Assembly: GCA_043228905.1 (NCBI GenBank)
Contig: JBHGNT010000014.1
Location: 20,336,001 to 20,400,000, forward strand
Source: Azolla caroliniana
Taxonomy: Eukaryota; Plantae; Polypodiophyta
Reading direction: 5' to 3'
Length of the DNA: 64,000 nucleotides
Below the pieces are notes generated by a model. The model was not told the origin of the DNA. It searched no databases and worked only from the letters and a program-made list of their open reading frames with translations. A program made the position numbers and the translations under genes. Shown here piece by piece: positions 1 to 12,694 of this stretch (the stretch's first letter is position 1; every line of letters starts with the position of its first letter).

Positions 1-3000
1 GTGGGTGACTATATTCCATTGTCACGCCCATTGTAAGTAGTGTTTTTCACACACATTTATTAATATAATTGTGTGTTTTCACCGAGAGAGAGAGAGTGTG
101 TGTGTGTGTGTGTGCATGTTTTTTTTTTCTTTAGCAAGAGCACATTGTAGATTGTATTACATTATAGACATGAATTACAATCATTTGATTTTGATGTGTG
201 AGAATTTGTAGGTATTATATATAAAAAAAGTACATTTCAAATCCCTTATATCGTGTTAATGTAAAGAAACTACGTTTATACGAAGGTCAATGCTCTTATT
301 CTATGATAAGATGCTTTGCAAACTACAATGAGAGGGTCTTGATGGGTTGAGATGAATTGGTTAATGTTGGAATCCTTATTTCATACGTATGAAGTTTAAA
401 GCTATGTTTTTTTAGTCATAGACTCATGTGCCATTTCGAATCAACATAAAGTTAAGAAGCTTTCTATAGACACTTTTTGACTTTGTCCTATTGAGCCAAA
501 ATTTCGACAATATTAATATAGTTTTGTAAAGAACATGAAACACCTCAAACACTTATTTAAACTGAATCCTCATCATCTTATCCTACCTAGCATTTGTTTA
601 TGTCCCCTTCATGATTTGGATATGTTTGATCTCCCTCGTGCATATACACATGTGCATATCTATTGGTGTGCATGTGCTAATAAGGATAAGATCACATCGA
701 GAGTGCGTTGCTTTAATGCGATGTTGAAGGAACAAATAGTGTGCATTGTATCATTTTCTTTCTCAGCATACTTTAGTGTTACAATAATATCAACGTGCAT
801 GTAATATATGTTGATGATTGCATGGACATCTAAAACGAAGAATATACAATAACTTCTATCCATTGATCACATATTCACACCATAGAGATGTAAATGAATA
901 AGTAATTGTGTCACGGATAATGAATATGTTTGTGGAGTTATGGTGTTGTCTAGATTTTAAGGGGAGATCTAAGTGTGGATTTACTATTATACATGTCACA
1001 CGGTACACCCAAGTAATCGTTACTACATGTGGATACAGACGCATGGAATATTAAGTGGTGTACTTCTATCATCATTTGTTTGGTTGCCCCAAGTGGAATA
1101 GACTTGTGATTAATGTGTATTGGAACTTGGACCTCATTTTTTGTTTTGACTTTCATAGTCCTTTACTTGTATGGCATTCATGTGTGCACATACATCAATT
1201 TGTTTCTTGAATAACCAAATAATGTTGAATTCGAACCAGGGTTAAGGTGATGCTATTATCTTAGTTTTGTTAGGATGAAAACATTAGAAAGTTATCATAG
1301 AAACAAGGCAACAATCATAATAGAAAAGATAAATTATTCATGCCATCCAAGACCATAAGTGAAAGGTAATGCCATCAAAGTACAATATCACTTTTAACTT
1401 ATATCTCTCTTGTATGCATATACATGTTGAGTTATCGGATTAGCTTTTGGACCATATGATATTCTAAGCAAAGCTCACAAATATATAATACTCCTGAAAA
1501 GTTTCCAAGTTGATAAACTTTTGCTCATTTGACACAAATTATGTGGATGGACTTCTATCGAATGCATATGAACATCATCATTGTGTTTTGAGAAATTTCC
1601 AAAGTATTGCTAATATATTGTTTACTTCCCAGATGCCCCTGTATCTTTGCAGTTGTAGTGAATGGCCACAAACAACCCCCAAAAAAGAGAAAAAAATGGA
1701 TGAATTGACCAAATACACAAACAACACATACAACTGCTCAAGATGGGGTTCCCATAAATGCCATTTGGGGAAATGATGATAATTCATACTTAAATTTGAA
1801 TAGGGTAAGTTTGGTTTGAAGTTGTCAAACCTCTTCAAAAAAAACTTAATTTATAAAAACATTATCCAACTTTCTAGAAACATATGACCCTTGCCATTTA
1901 GGTAGGACATCATGTTTCAACAATCAACCCTACAACTGTCCAGTTAAGAGAAGAAACTTCTAAAAAGTTTATGTTGATGCCAAAAGCTTGAATAATAAAT
2001 TATTGCTACTTTCTACAATGTGAACTTAAGGACATACATGTTTGATAGTGTTTGCAATAATAACTTTGAACATGCTATTATGATATTGAAGTGAGAGAGT
2101 CTTCAAGTTTTCGACAATGACATTTCTTTGACTATATGTAAATATCATAGCAAATAATTTCAATTAAGGAGATTTTAATGAGAGGGGAGGAACGTATAAG
2201 CATCTCCACGTGAACATATTTAAAAGAATAATAAGCCTCCGTACTTCATACAATGCCAACATATAAAGATAACAAATCATTACTTAACAATCATGAGACA
2301 AATTTAATGACGAGAGGAAACATGACTACATACATTTAGTTAAATGGCTAATCAATGGGATTGCTTCTTTGGTCAAGAGGTGGAAAAGTAATGAGATTCT
2401 TGCATTGGTACAATTTTTTTTACCATAATTGGATTAGTCATAAGTTTTTGGCTTTCGAAAATAAGGTCTTGGCCCTTGGGTTTAAATCATTATACTTCCA
2501 CATATACTTCATGTCGTTTTGTATTCTGTTTTCATAATGAGCTTACCCTAGTCAATTTATCAAGCAAACAACCTCATGGATTCTAAACATTTGATATAAC
2601 AATCTCAAGCCTCTTTCTTTCCTCGATATCTTTTTTTACGTGCCAATCATTGTTGATTACATGTACCTCGATGAACAACCTTTGCCAACAAAGTTGCCAT
2701 TGACACTCACCTCATTCCTAGTGCATTACCATCCAATTTGATGTGTGATTTGTTTGAGACGTTATAAAAAATTGATATCTATGTCCTATGATTCACTCAC
2801 CTCCAAACTCCATGTATTTCTCTTGATTAAGAAATGTTTGACAAGTCAAGCGCTCGTGATGATTTCCAACATGTTTTTTTTGTATGAGGTAAAAGAGATA
2901 GATGTAGAATGAACATGTCTCAAAATCTTTTGTAGGATAGAAATGCAAAGACATTTACCCACAAGTATAGATAAGCCTTCCAAAAATAAAGCAACATGTA

Positions 3001-3448
3001 AACACGCGACAACCTTACTTTCACGTGGAATAAAATGCGTGCCTATGTCAAAACATGATATTAGGATATGCCTATTAGACTGTGGAGGGCATTGTTTGCC
3101 ACATATGAGTAGGTCAAGAACAAGTACATGTAATTGTTGGACATTGTCATTCCCTTGCTCCACGACATTGATAAATCTCCTATATCATGTCCTTTGATCA
3201 TTAGCCATTTCACACATGGCGATTTTGTACATTTGTAAAACCATCTCAATAATCAATACCAATTGTAAAATGACAACACAGTTAAGATCATTTAGGTAAC
3301 TTAAAACTTTTATTTATTCAATATTCAGTATGGATAACGTAAAGCTACTCGTATTTGTTATCATGGGTTATGACATAGGTTGATTTCGAGGCATTCTATC
3401 GTCTCAAGAAACGTGCTCACACCCATTCTCTTCCTTTGTCTTTGTCTT

Positions 3449-3489
<41 letters not shown>

Positions 3490-4002
3490 TATCGATGATA
3501 TATAGTATATACACCAACATTGTTCCGATTTCTCGTGGACATTAGTCTCTATCTTCAAACGTTTTTGTTGTACAGAGGATAGTAATAGACCATCATCACT
3601 CTCTCAACGAGTTAATTGGTCTCTCTCGAGGTATTGGGCACATTGCTTCTAACAAAAGATAATATATCATCCCCACTCTCTTTATGAGCTACCAACATCT
3701 TGAGGTTTCAGTTCCATAGTCCCATGTCATCCCAGTTGAATGATAGCAAGTATAACATCATGGGCAAGCAAGCTATTTCGATTAACAACAGAGCATGCTT
3801 TTCATGGGGGTTCAATATCCTCGTCAAATTCACTGAAGCATACAAAGACAGGTGTCCCATGGTTATGCATGGAAGGAGGGAATGAAACAACCCATTGGCT
3901 ATGGAATGATGACGTCTCATCCCGTGCCATCTGGTGACTATGGTGTTTCAACATTATGGGCTTGACTGATTGGCATCTCCTCTCTCTCTCTCTCTCTCTC
4001 AT

Positions 4003-4278
4003 CATGCCATGCCCCGCCCAAGCTTGCCATGCGTTGCCTCGGCTGGACCCACTATGCCATGCCATGATATGCCCTACCCTATGATGCCTTCCCATGCCTT
4101 CAAATGCCTTGCCCTGCCCTGCGATGTCTTGCTGATGCCTTGCCTACCCTACCATAGCCTGGCATGCCTCCCACTATGCCATGCCTTGCCCTGCCCTGCC
4201 CTAACCTACCATACCCTACTCTGGCATGCCTTGCCTTGGCCGGACCCGCCATGCCATGCGATATGCCATGCCATGCCC
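4003..4278. repeat. Degenerate (TGCCN)n pentamer array upstream of PP2C
   Basis: Runs of TGCCA, TGCCT and TGCCC (for example ATGCCATGCCATG, TGCCTTGCCCTGCCCTGCC) span about 275 bp. Confidence 0.85.
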
Positions 4279-5254
4279 ATCTGGTGTCTACGGTGTTTCT
4301 AACACTGTGGGCTTGACGAAGAGGTTTCTCTTTCTCTCTCGCGGAGAGCAGTACGCACCCAGTCTTTTTGATTTGCTTACTTGTTGCTAAGAAAGAAAGA
4401 AAACGCTTCAAAGTTCATTCCTTTTCCTTTTACGAGCGAGCGAGCGAGCGAGTGCTTCTTCTCTCTGTCAGAGTCTTCCCCCGTCTCGTTCCATCGCCAT
4501 TTCCTGCATACTCTGTACAACCACGGCACCCCCAGGTTCGTCCTCCGCCTCCCAACCCCTTCCTCCTCCCTTCCCTTCTCTTTCCCTAGATCTGTCAGAT
4601 CGTGCTAGATCTTGTCCACAACCCTCCCTGCAGCTCTCCTTGCGTTCTTTACTAGTCCAGGGATTGCTCAGTTCTCTTCGGATTACTCCGCAAATGGGTT
4701 ACAATTTATTGTGCTGGCTAATCCCTGAGTTTTACCTCCCTACTACTGTAGGAAATCAAAGCTATGTATATATCTCGAGTCTGTAGCACAAATGTACGAT
4801 AGGCTTCCAACTTTTCTAGGATTTTCTTTCTTCTAGCGTAAGGATTAAACACATGTACTCTTAACTTTTGGACGGAGTTGGAAAACGATGAGCATATTTG
4901 TGATAAAGTTCCCAGTTTACTTCATTATTTCAAGATTCTCTATATTATACCATAAAGATCAAGTATATATGCCCTTAAAATTGGGAAGATTATGTAGTAT
5001 TAAACACATATACTATGGAAACTCTAACCCCTAACCCCGAGGCTTTAAACCTTATATGGGAGGAAGTTCTGTTGGCTGATATATTTGGTTATTATTCTTC
5101 CCATAGAGACCCCTGCACCGAGACATATGAGATTTAAAAGTCGTTTTTATTTAAAAAAGCTTCTCCGAGTATACTATACATTTTTCGCAGACGACTAAGC
5201 CTTAAGGATTCTCTTTTTCCACAGGCGTACATAAGTTTCCTCAGCTAGGTTACC

Positions 5255-8200
5255 ATGGGAAACTACCTTAGCAGTCCGAAGACTGAGAAGTTCTCAGAGG
5301 ATGGGGATAATGGAACTCTCAAATTTGGGGTTTCATCAATGCAAGGTTGGCGTAGTAGCATGGAAGATGCGGTAAATACCTCGCTTCTTCTATTATTATT
5401 CCATTTCACGAATTATCATGTTTAGTGCAGAAATCAGGCATGATTGTGTATGCCATGTACGGTTTTTATAACAGAAACTGTATATAAACTTGTTCCTGGA
5501 TTCTTTTATTTTTTTATCTCTTTTATAGAAATACATAAGATACTTTTGACAGACTATTAAATTACAATATATATGGATTGGCACAGTTTACTGTGATGCC
5601 AGCTACATTAAACCTTTTATGGCCTCAGCAAAAGTACCTTTAACAATGCCATTTATTTTTGATTTCACAGTTCTTATGTAAATGCGCATAGTCTTGTCAG
5701 GAACCTCAACTATTACTAGTCAAATCCAATAATTTCTACCATAATAATTCATTCGATTGAAGAATAATGAGAACCCCTTCTATTGAAATATCTATTACCT
5801 AGTTTAATTATACTGTAACATGGACGTGTTGACGTGCTATTGTGACATGTGCATTAAAATCTCATAAACTGTAAATAAGTAGGTGTGGATGCATGTGGGG
5901 GTTTACTCTTTATACATTTGAGGACATTTTATGGTACGGTGAGTACACAAGCCAAATTGATGCAGGCATAATACTTGGAAATAACTGTAACAATATAAAA
6001 CCAAACTAAACCACCATCAGAAATTCGGTGCATGAGTCTATCTGATGTACTATTTATTGCTTATGCAGCATGCTGCAGTTTTGGATCTTGATGAAGATAC
6101 ATCCTTTTTTGGAGTCTATGATGGGCATGGAGGTAAGACTTTGTACTTTCTGAGATAGATATTGATTTAGAAGCTAAGCTGTTTTAAGCTCCCTGTCCAT
6201 ATTCAGAATTATGAAGACCTTTCTAATTAGTCTGCAATTATCAAAAAACTGGTTGAAAAAATTTGAGAATGCACCAAAGCCTCAATGCTACTTGAAATTC
6301 TATGGGGCATTTATTAATATTAAGCAAATAGTCAAATTGCTTCTTCTCGATAGGTGACATGTCAGCTTTATTGGAGCTGTACAACATATTATTTGACTCT
6401 TGTTTAAGGAGTGAAGAAAGAAAGATATGTTTAACTTTTTTAAGAGGCCAAAATGGCCTATAAAACCAAACAAGAGATTGCATCTGAAAATATTGTCTGG
6501 TCTTTGAGAACATCAAACCAAAATAAATGTACTCAAGCAAAAAAGTAAATTGAAATAGACTAAGCTATGACTAAAGAACTCGTCATCTATACATATAAGA
6601 TTCTCAAATCAGATATATTGCAATTTTCTTCTTTGAAAGATCTCTACCATAGGTCAATCCAAAACGGAGAGGTCTCTAAAGTGAGGTGTCTGGTCTTTGA
6701 GAACAACAAACCAAAATAAATGTACTCAAGCAAAAAAGTAAATTGAAATAGACTAAGCTATGACTAAAGAACTCGTCATCTATACATATAAGATTCTCAA
6801 ATCAGATATATTGCAATTTTCTTCTTTGAAAGATCTCTATCATAGGTCAATCCAAAACGGAGAGGTCTCTAAAGTGAGGTGTCTGGTCTTTGAGAACAAC
6901 AAACCAAAATAAATGTACTCAAGCAAAAAAGTAAATTGAAATAGACTAAGCTATGACTAAAGAACTCGTCATCTATACATATAAGATTCTCAAATCAGAT
7001 ATATTGCAATTTTCTTCTTTGAAAGATCTCTACCATAGGTCAATCCAAAACGGAGAGGTCTCTAAAGTGAGGTGTCTGGTCTTTGAGAACAACAAACCAA
7101 AATAAATGTACTCAAGCAAAAAAGTAAATTGAAATAGACTAAGCTATGACTAAAGAACTCGTCATCTATACATATAAGATTCTCAAATCAGATATATTGC
7201 AATTTTCTTCTTTGAAAGATCTCTATCATAGGTCAATCCAAAACGGAGAGGTCTCTAAAGTGAGGTGTCTGGTCTTTGAGAACAACAAACCAAAATAAAT
7301 GTACTCAAGCAAAAAAGTAAATTGAAATAGACTAAGCTATGACTAAAGAACTCGTCATCTATACATATAAGATTCTCAAATCAGATATATTGCAATTTTC
7401 TTCTTTGAAAGATCTCTACCATAGGTCAATCCAAAACGGAGAGGTCTCTAAAGTGAGGTGTCTGGTCTTTGAGAATAACAAACCAAAATAAATGTACTCA
7501 AGCAAAAAAGTAAATTGAAATAGACTAAGCTATGACTAAAGAACTCGTCATCTATACATATAAGATTCTCAAATCAGATATATTGCAATTTTCTTCTTTG
7601 AAAGATCTCTACCATAGGTCAATCCAAAACGGAGAGGTCTCTAAAGTGAGGTGTCTGGTCTTTGAGAACAACAAACCAAAATAAATGTACTCAAGCAAAA
7701 AAGTAAATTGAAATAGACTAAGCTATGACTAAAGAACTCGTCATCTATACATATAAGATTCTCAAATCAGATATATTGCAATTTTCTTCTTTGAAAGATC
7801 TCTACCATAGGTCAATCCAAAACGGAGAGGTCTCTAAAGTGAGGGAAACACCTGCAACGGCTGGAAATAATGCCCTTTATCCGTCGATTGAAAGGGTGAT
7901 GAGTTTGTGGACCACAAGGCCGAGTTCTACATGCATGACAAATTGCTATTGCTCGACCTATACTATCCCTTGCAATGTCTGTTTTGGGAGCACATCTTAT
8001 AACCCTTGATTGACATGTAGCGTGAGTAGGAGTGAGGGGGCTACAGGACGTTGTGATTGTTCTTTGCTGATTAGCTTGTGTGGTTGTACTGTTGTCATTT
8101 AACAACTTCTCGCTGTGTCTCAGCACCTTGATCTTCATATTCTACTACCTTGTGTAGTGGGCTGAAGCCTCACTTAAAGAGGCAATTATATCTCTCTCTA

Positions 8201-11200
8201 TTTTCATAAAAAACACTGCAATGTCAAACTTAGTGTTAGTCAGATTCCACTCCCTGATGATGCAATTGGCAAATTCTTTCTTCAAGAGGTATTTGTGCAT
8301 TTCTGCCTACCTCAATCTCTAACTGATGTGAATAAGTTCATACCCTGTCACACTGCACTGTGCATGGGATAGATGTATGTCCATATAAGAGGGTAAAATA
8401 TCATTATGGTCTATTGAGTCCTAGCAAAATATTACAGTTAACTTGTCAATTTCTAAGGTCTCTAGAAGACTGTACTAGCCTATGAGACCTAACAAAGTTT
8501 ACAATTAACTCGTCAAAGTGAGTAATAAAGAAGAAAAAAATTGTGCATTTCAATCGAGCTTCCAAGTAAACGTATCTAGGAGTGGCGCCACGGAAACGAC
8601 TGCCCTCAGAGGATCTCCTTCAATGGGCTGATCCAAAATGAAGAGGGATGCAAAGTGATCTAAGCAGCTTCTGTATTGATTCATAATGGCCTTCATTCAT
8701 TGATAACAAGAGTTGAAGATGAGGTGGTCTATGTGTATAAAAAAATGTTATTGCTTGATCTATTGTGTACCCTTTTCGATTGTTGTGTTCAAGGTCCAAT
8801 TGGTGTAGCCCTTGATTGCCTTATAGCATGGGAAGGAGGTGTAGTGGTTCTTGATGAGTTCTATGGCTGTATCGCTGTCCGGCAAGTTCTATGCTGCAAT
8901 TAATTGAGATGAAGATCTCTCCAAAGCTATCTAGTTCTATATCCTAGGAAAGCTTGGTCTGTCCCCATGCAGCCTCCACAGGGACAACCAATACTGTTTA
9001 ACGTTATTCCTAGGTATGTGTAGGATTATGATTATGCCACCCTTTCCTCTCTCGACATTCTGGTTTTGTTCTTGTTACCCATGCTTGAGTGGTGCCAAAC
9101 ACCATCACTCTAGTTTTATCAAGTTTTACAATCAAGTTCGTCTCTCTATAGGCAGGCTTGAGTTTTATAGAGCGCCCATATAAGTATCTGAAGTTGCCGA
9201 TAGGCCATGGTAGAAAATGTTTGTAAGGGTCTTCAACTTTTTAGCTAAAAAGAATTCGAAATTTCGGAAATGGCACCTGCTTTTTACTGGTTCTACATTT
9301 TGAGCTACTAAGGCTATCATACAACAATATGTTTTGTTACTGGTAAGCTGTTGTCACCAAGAGTCACATTTTTTGTTATTCTTTTATCATATTATTTATT
9401 TATCATATTATTTAATAACTGTATATATTTTTATTTTTTCACTCACTCCATGGAACTCTTGAAATTGAGAAAGACAATGTTGCATGTTCACTGTGAAATC
9501 TGCTGATAGCCAATGATCCCGAGATTAGATAGAGGAGACCTGGTTGGTAGGCCCTGAGATGGGCATGTGGTTGGTCCTGTTAGCATTGGGTTCAAATAAG
9601 ATTGTGGAGATCTTTATGTCCAATTGTACAGTTGTGTATTATAATACTCACTTCAAAGTTCAATGTAAGTAGATGAATGGAGTGGGCTAAGATGTTATTT
9701 TTGAGGACTCGACACTTAGCAGCATGATCAAGTGTTGCTTTACTCAAAAAAACCTCTTTTCTGATGTAGAACTTGAAAATTCAGCTTTACAGCTAATGGA
9801 GAGTCGTTTTAGAGTGCTGAATGTGCAAGGGCCATGACTGATTTGCGCTGTTTTCCAACGTGCACAGTGAAGTCTACCTTGAAAGCTCTACAAACGAAAT
9901 TTAATCGTGAAATTGGCTTAAATTCGTGGCTGTGTTCAGGGTTTGAGCTCTATCTCATCTTATCCTCTTCTATTAATTATTGATGAAGAAATAGTAAAAG
10001 GTGCCAGTCTTTGGGACTGTCAAAACGTCAAATTATTTGTTCAAGAGAATTCCTGGATGTGAAATAAATCTTAGTAAGGCTCAAAATCACGAGTTCCTTC
10101 TTTATTTATATAACAGTTGTCTGGTGGTGAAATTGAGCTAATTGGGGGTTTGATTTCAATAGTTGGAATGGCCTTCTGTTATGAGGAATGTCAGACACTT
10201 TGTTTGTAAGAATTAATACTTTATGTGATGCTTGATGTACCTATGATGGCAAATAAGATACTGTAAACTAAAAGGACGAGCATGCTTTTCTGCAAGTTCC
10301 CTTGTTTTTGGTGTTCTTGTTTCATATTTCCATCCTTATCCTAATTACAGAAGCAAGTAATGGGATAACACAATAAATAGAAACGATTCTTGCTCTAAAT
10401 TCAGTAAGATAAATTTATAATTCTATGAGCAGCTGTGAGAAGCTTCACAAGGCTTAAATAAACATACAAAAGTTGGAGGCTGAAAGCTAGATGAAAAAAG
10501 TGATTAGAGAAGGCCTATTTATAGGCCACAACTTAAGTGTAGATGATTGGCTATAAAGCTCTCAAAATGGAGACAATTAGCTGCTGTAGAACTCTACCTA
10601 ATCCTGTATTTCACTAGGTGTAACACCCAAATTCTGGACCTATAAATACCCCTCGATAAGTTGGCTGTAACAACTGAAACCCCTAAAACTTCACATCAGA
10701 ACTGGGATCCAAAAAAGCAAAAGCTATAACTGACTGATCAAAGTCTTTCATTGGATACCTTTGTGAAGATATCTGTGTCGTGGACAGTATGCAACATGTA
10801 TGTGCTACAAGAAATTCTCTCAACGTAATTGGATTGCATTTTAATGTGTTTGGTGCAGGTATGAAGCACATTGATAAAGAGTAGTAGTCAAATGAGGAGA
10901 TTGTAAACCTCCAAGGAGCTGATGTAGCCAATTACCTGCAAAGAAGCAGAATGATATTCCATTTCTGCAGAGAAGAGCACAATCATAGGCTCTGCCACTT
11001 ACTGTTCCATGATAGGGACTTGAATCAAAGCTGCTGAAAATTAGACTTGTAGTTGAGTGACAGGTTACTGGATGCTGGCTCAATGAGGATCACCATCCTA
11101 AGAGTGCATTGTGTGCAATGGTTATAGAAGATCCCATGAGAAGCTGTCGTAGGGTGAGTCAAACCGGAATATGTTTTGTGATATGTGCCTGGTGACCATG

Positions 11201-12663
11201 ACGGCAACAGGGCTTTCTTATCCATTTTGAGGTGATTACAGAGTGCCAATGCTCAATTCCTGTTGGGCTTTCATAGTCCAAGGAGTTCCCAACTAGTTGT
11301 TCTAGACAAGAACAATCCATCTTATATATGTTTATATTTGGTACATGCTGTCCTTTGCTTGTGTGATACGTGATTCTCTGAAACATTGTTCTGTTTTTGT
11401 GTATCTACATATGAATGAGACTGTCAATGGTAAGTATTTGAGAGGTCTCTGAGTATGTATCGTTCCTTGTGTGAGATATAAGAATTGTGAAAATTCTACT
11501 CTTTATCACTGTGAAAAATAAGAATAGCAAGGGATGCATTATAGTATGCTAGTGAATTTGTTAAGGCATAGAAAAAATGCGAAGTGTGTGATGAAGAGGA
11601 GAATAGATACTCGAAATAGTCAATTGATGATATTATGTTATTCCCTTTGGAGATGTGTTGTGAATCGAATGATTCACCAGGTTCCATTCTTGTGTCCACC
11701 TGATCTCGTGAACAGAAGTTTACTTGTGCTCTGAGAAGAAGATACCATTTGGTTGTGGGAAGCCCAAAGCTAATCATGCTGAAGTGGACTTCAATGTATT
11801 CCATGATGCTCCGGATCATCTTCGTTGGCAACCCTGTAAATGTAAGATCATCCATGTACACAGTAACAATGGCAGTCATAAATAATGAGTAGCATTACAA
11901 TGATGGCCAGAACATCTAACTTTTTATATGAAGCCTGGGGTAAGAGGCCTAGTGAGTGAGCTGCGGCAAATGAACTGAAATGAACATATGAAGAGGCTAG
12001 ATGGATGAAATGAGCATATTAATTTATATAGCGCAAAACTCATCTTAGAACTGATAGACCATTTTTAAAAAAAATCTGTAAAGTATCCATTCTGTTTAAT
12101 ATCATAGATTGCCGTTTCAAGTCTGTGCATTTGCTAAGTTGTCTCCTTATATATAGCATTGGTCAAAATTTGTATTTTAAAATACACATTCTGATTAATA
12201 ACCTGAATCACAGTTCCAATCATGTATTTATTAATATTTCTCCCTGTGAGTAATATATATGTGGAAGACACTAGCGTTTGTGATGGCTTTGTCCTACAGG
12301 AAAGGTGGTATCGAGATTTTGCGCAAAGCATCTCCATCTTCAGGTTTTACGTGGTGAAGCATATCAGAAAGGTGAATTAGGACAGTGTCTCCAGAGTGCC
12401 TTTTTAAGGTTCGTATGCTGTTGACATTCTGCCACATTTCAAACAATTATCATCTGTGACATGCATATATTTCTTCAAAAACATCTAGAAGTTGTTTTTG
12501 CTTCAAGCAAAAGGAAGAAGGACAAAATTGTCCTGTTTGATGCTATTCAAAAGAGAAAAGATGCATTTGTTTCATATTCCTCTCCTGCTTTGTCTACTAA
12601 GTGCCGTTTTAAGGTATGTTAGCTTTTGACAGTCTGCCACATCGCAAACAATTATCATTTATG

Positions 12664-12694
<31 letters not shown>

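Noticed and set aside
1400-3250. Possible DNA transposase remnant (SRWGSH resembling the hAT TRW.S motif)
   Set aside because: It rests on a single short motif with no termini or continuous frame, and needs a profile search.
3802-4608. Several 73-110 aa ORFs upstream of PP2C
   Set aside because: They are products of the pentamer and CT repeats and the GC-rich UTR, and are low-complexity translations.
5022-5038. Telomere-like CTAACCCCTAACCCC
   Set aside because: Only two imperfect units, and not the plant CCCTAAA repeat.
6494-7844. CRISPR-like array
   Set aside because: Whole units are identical with no unique spacers, there are no cas genes, and the context is a eukaryotic intron. The same applies to 18546-19466.
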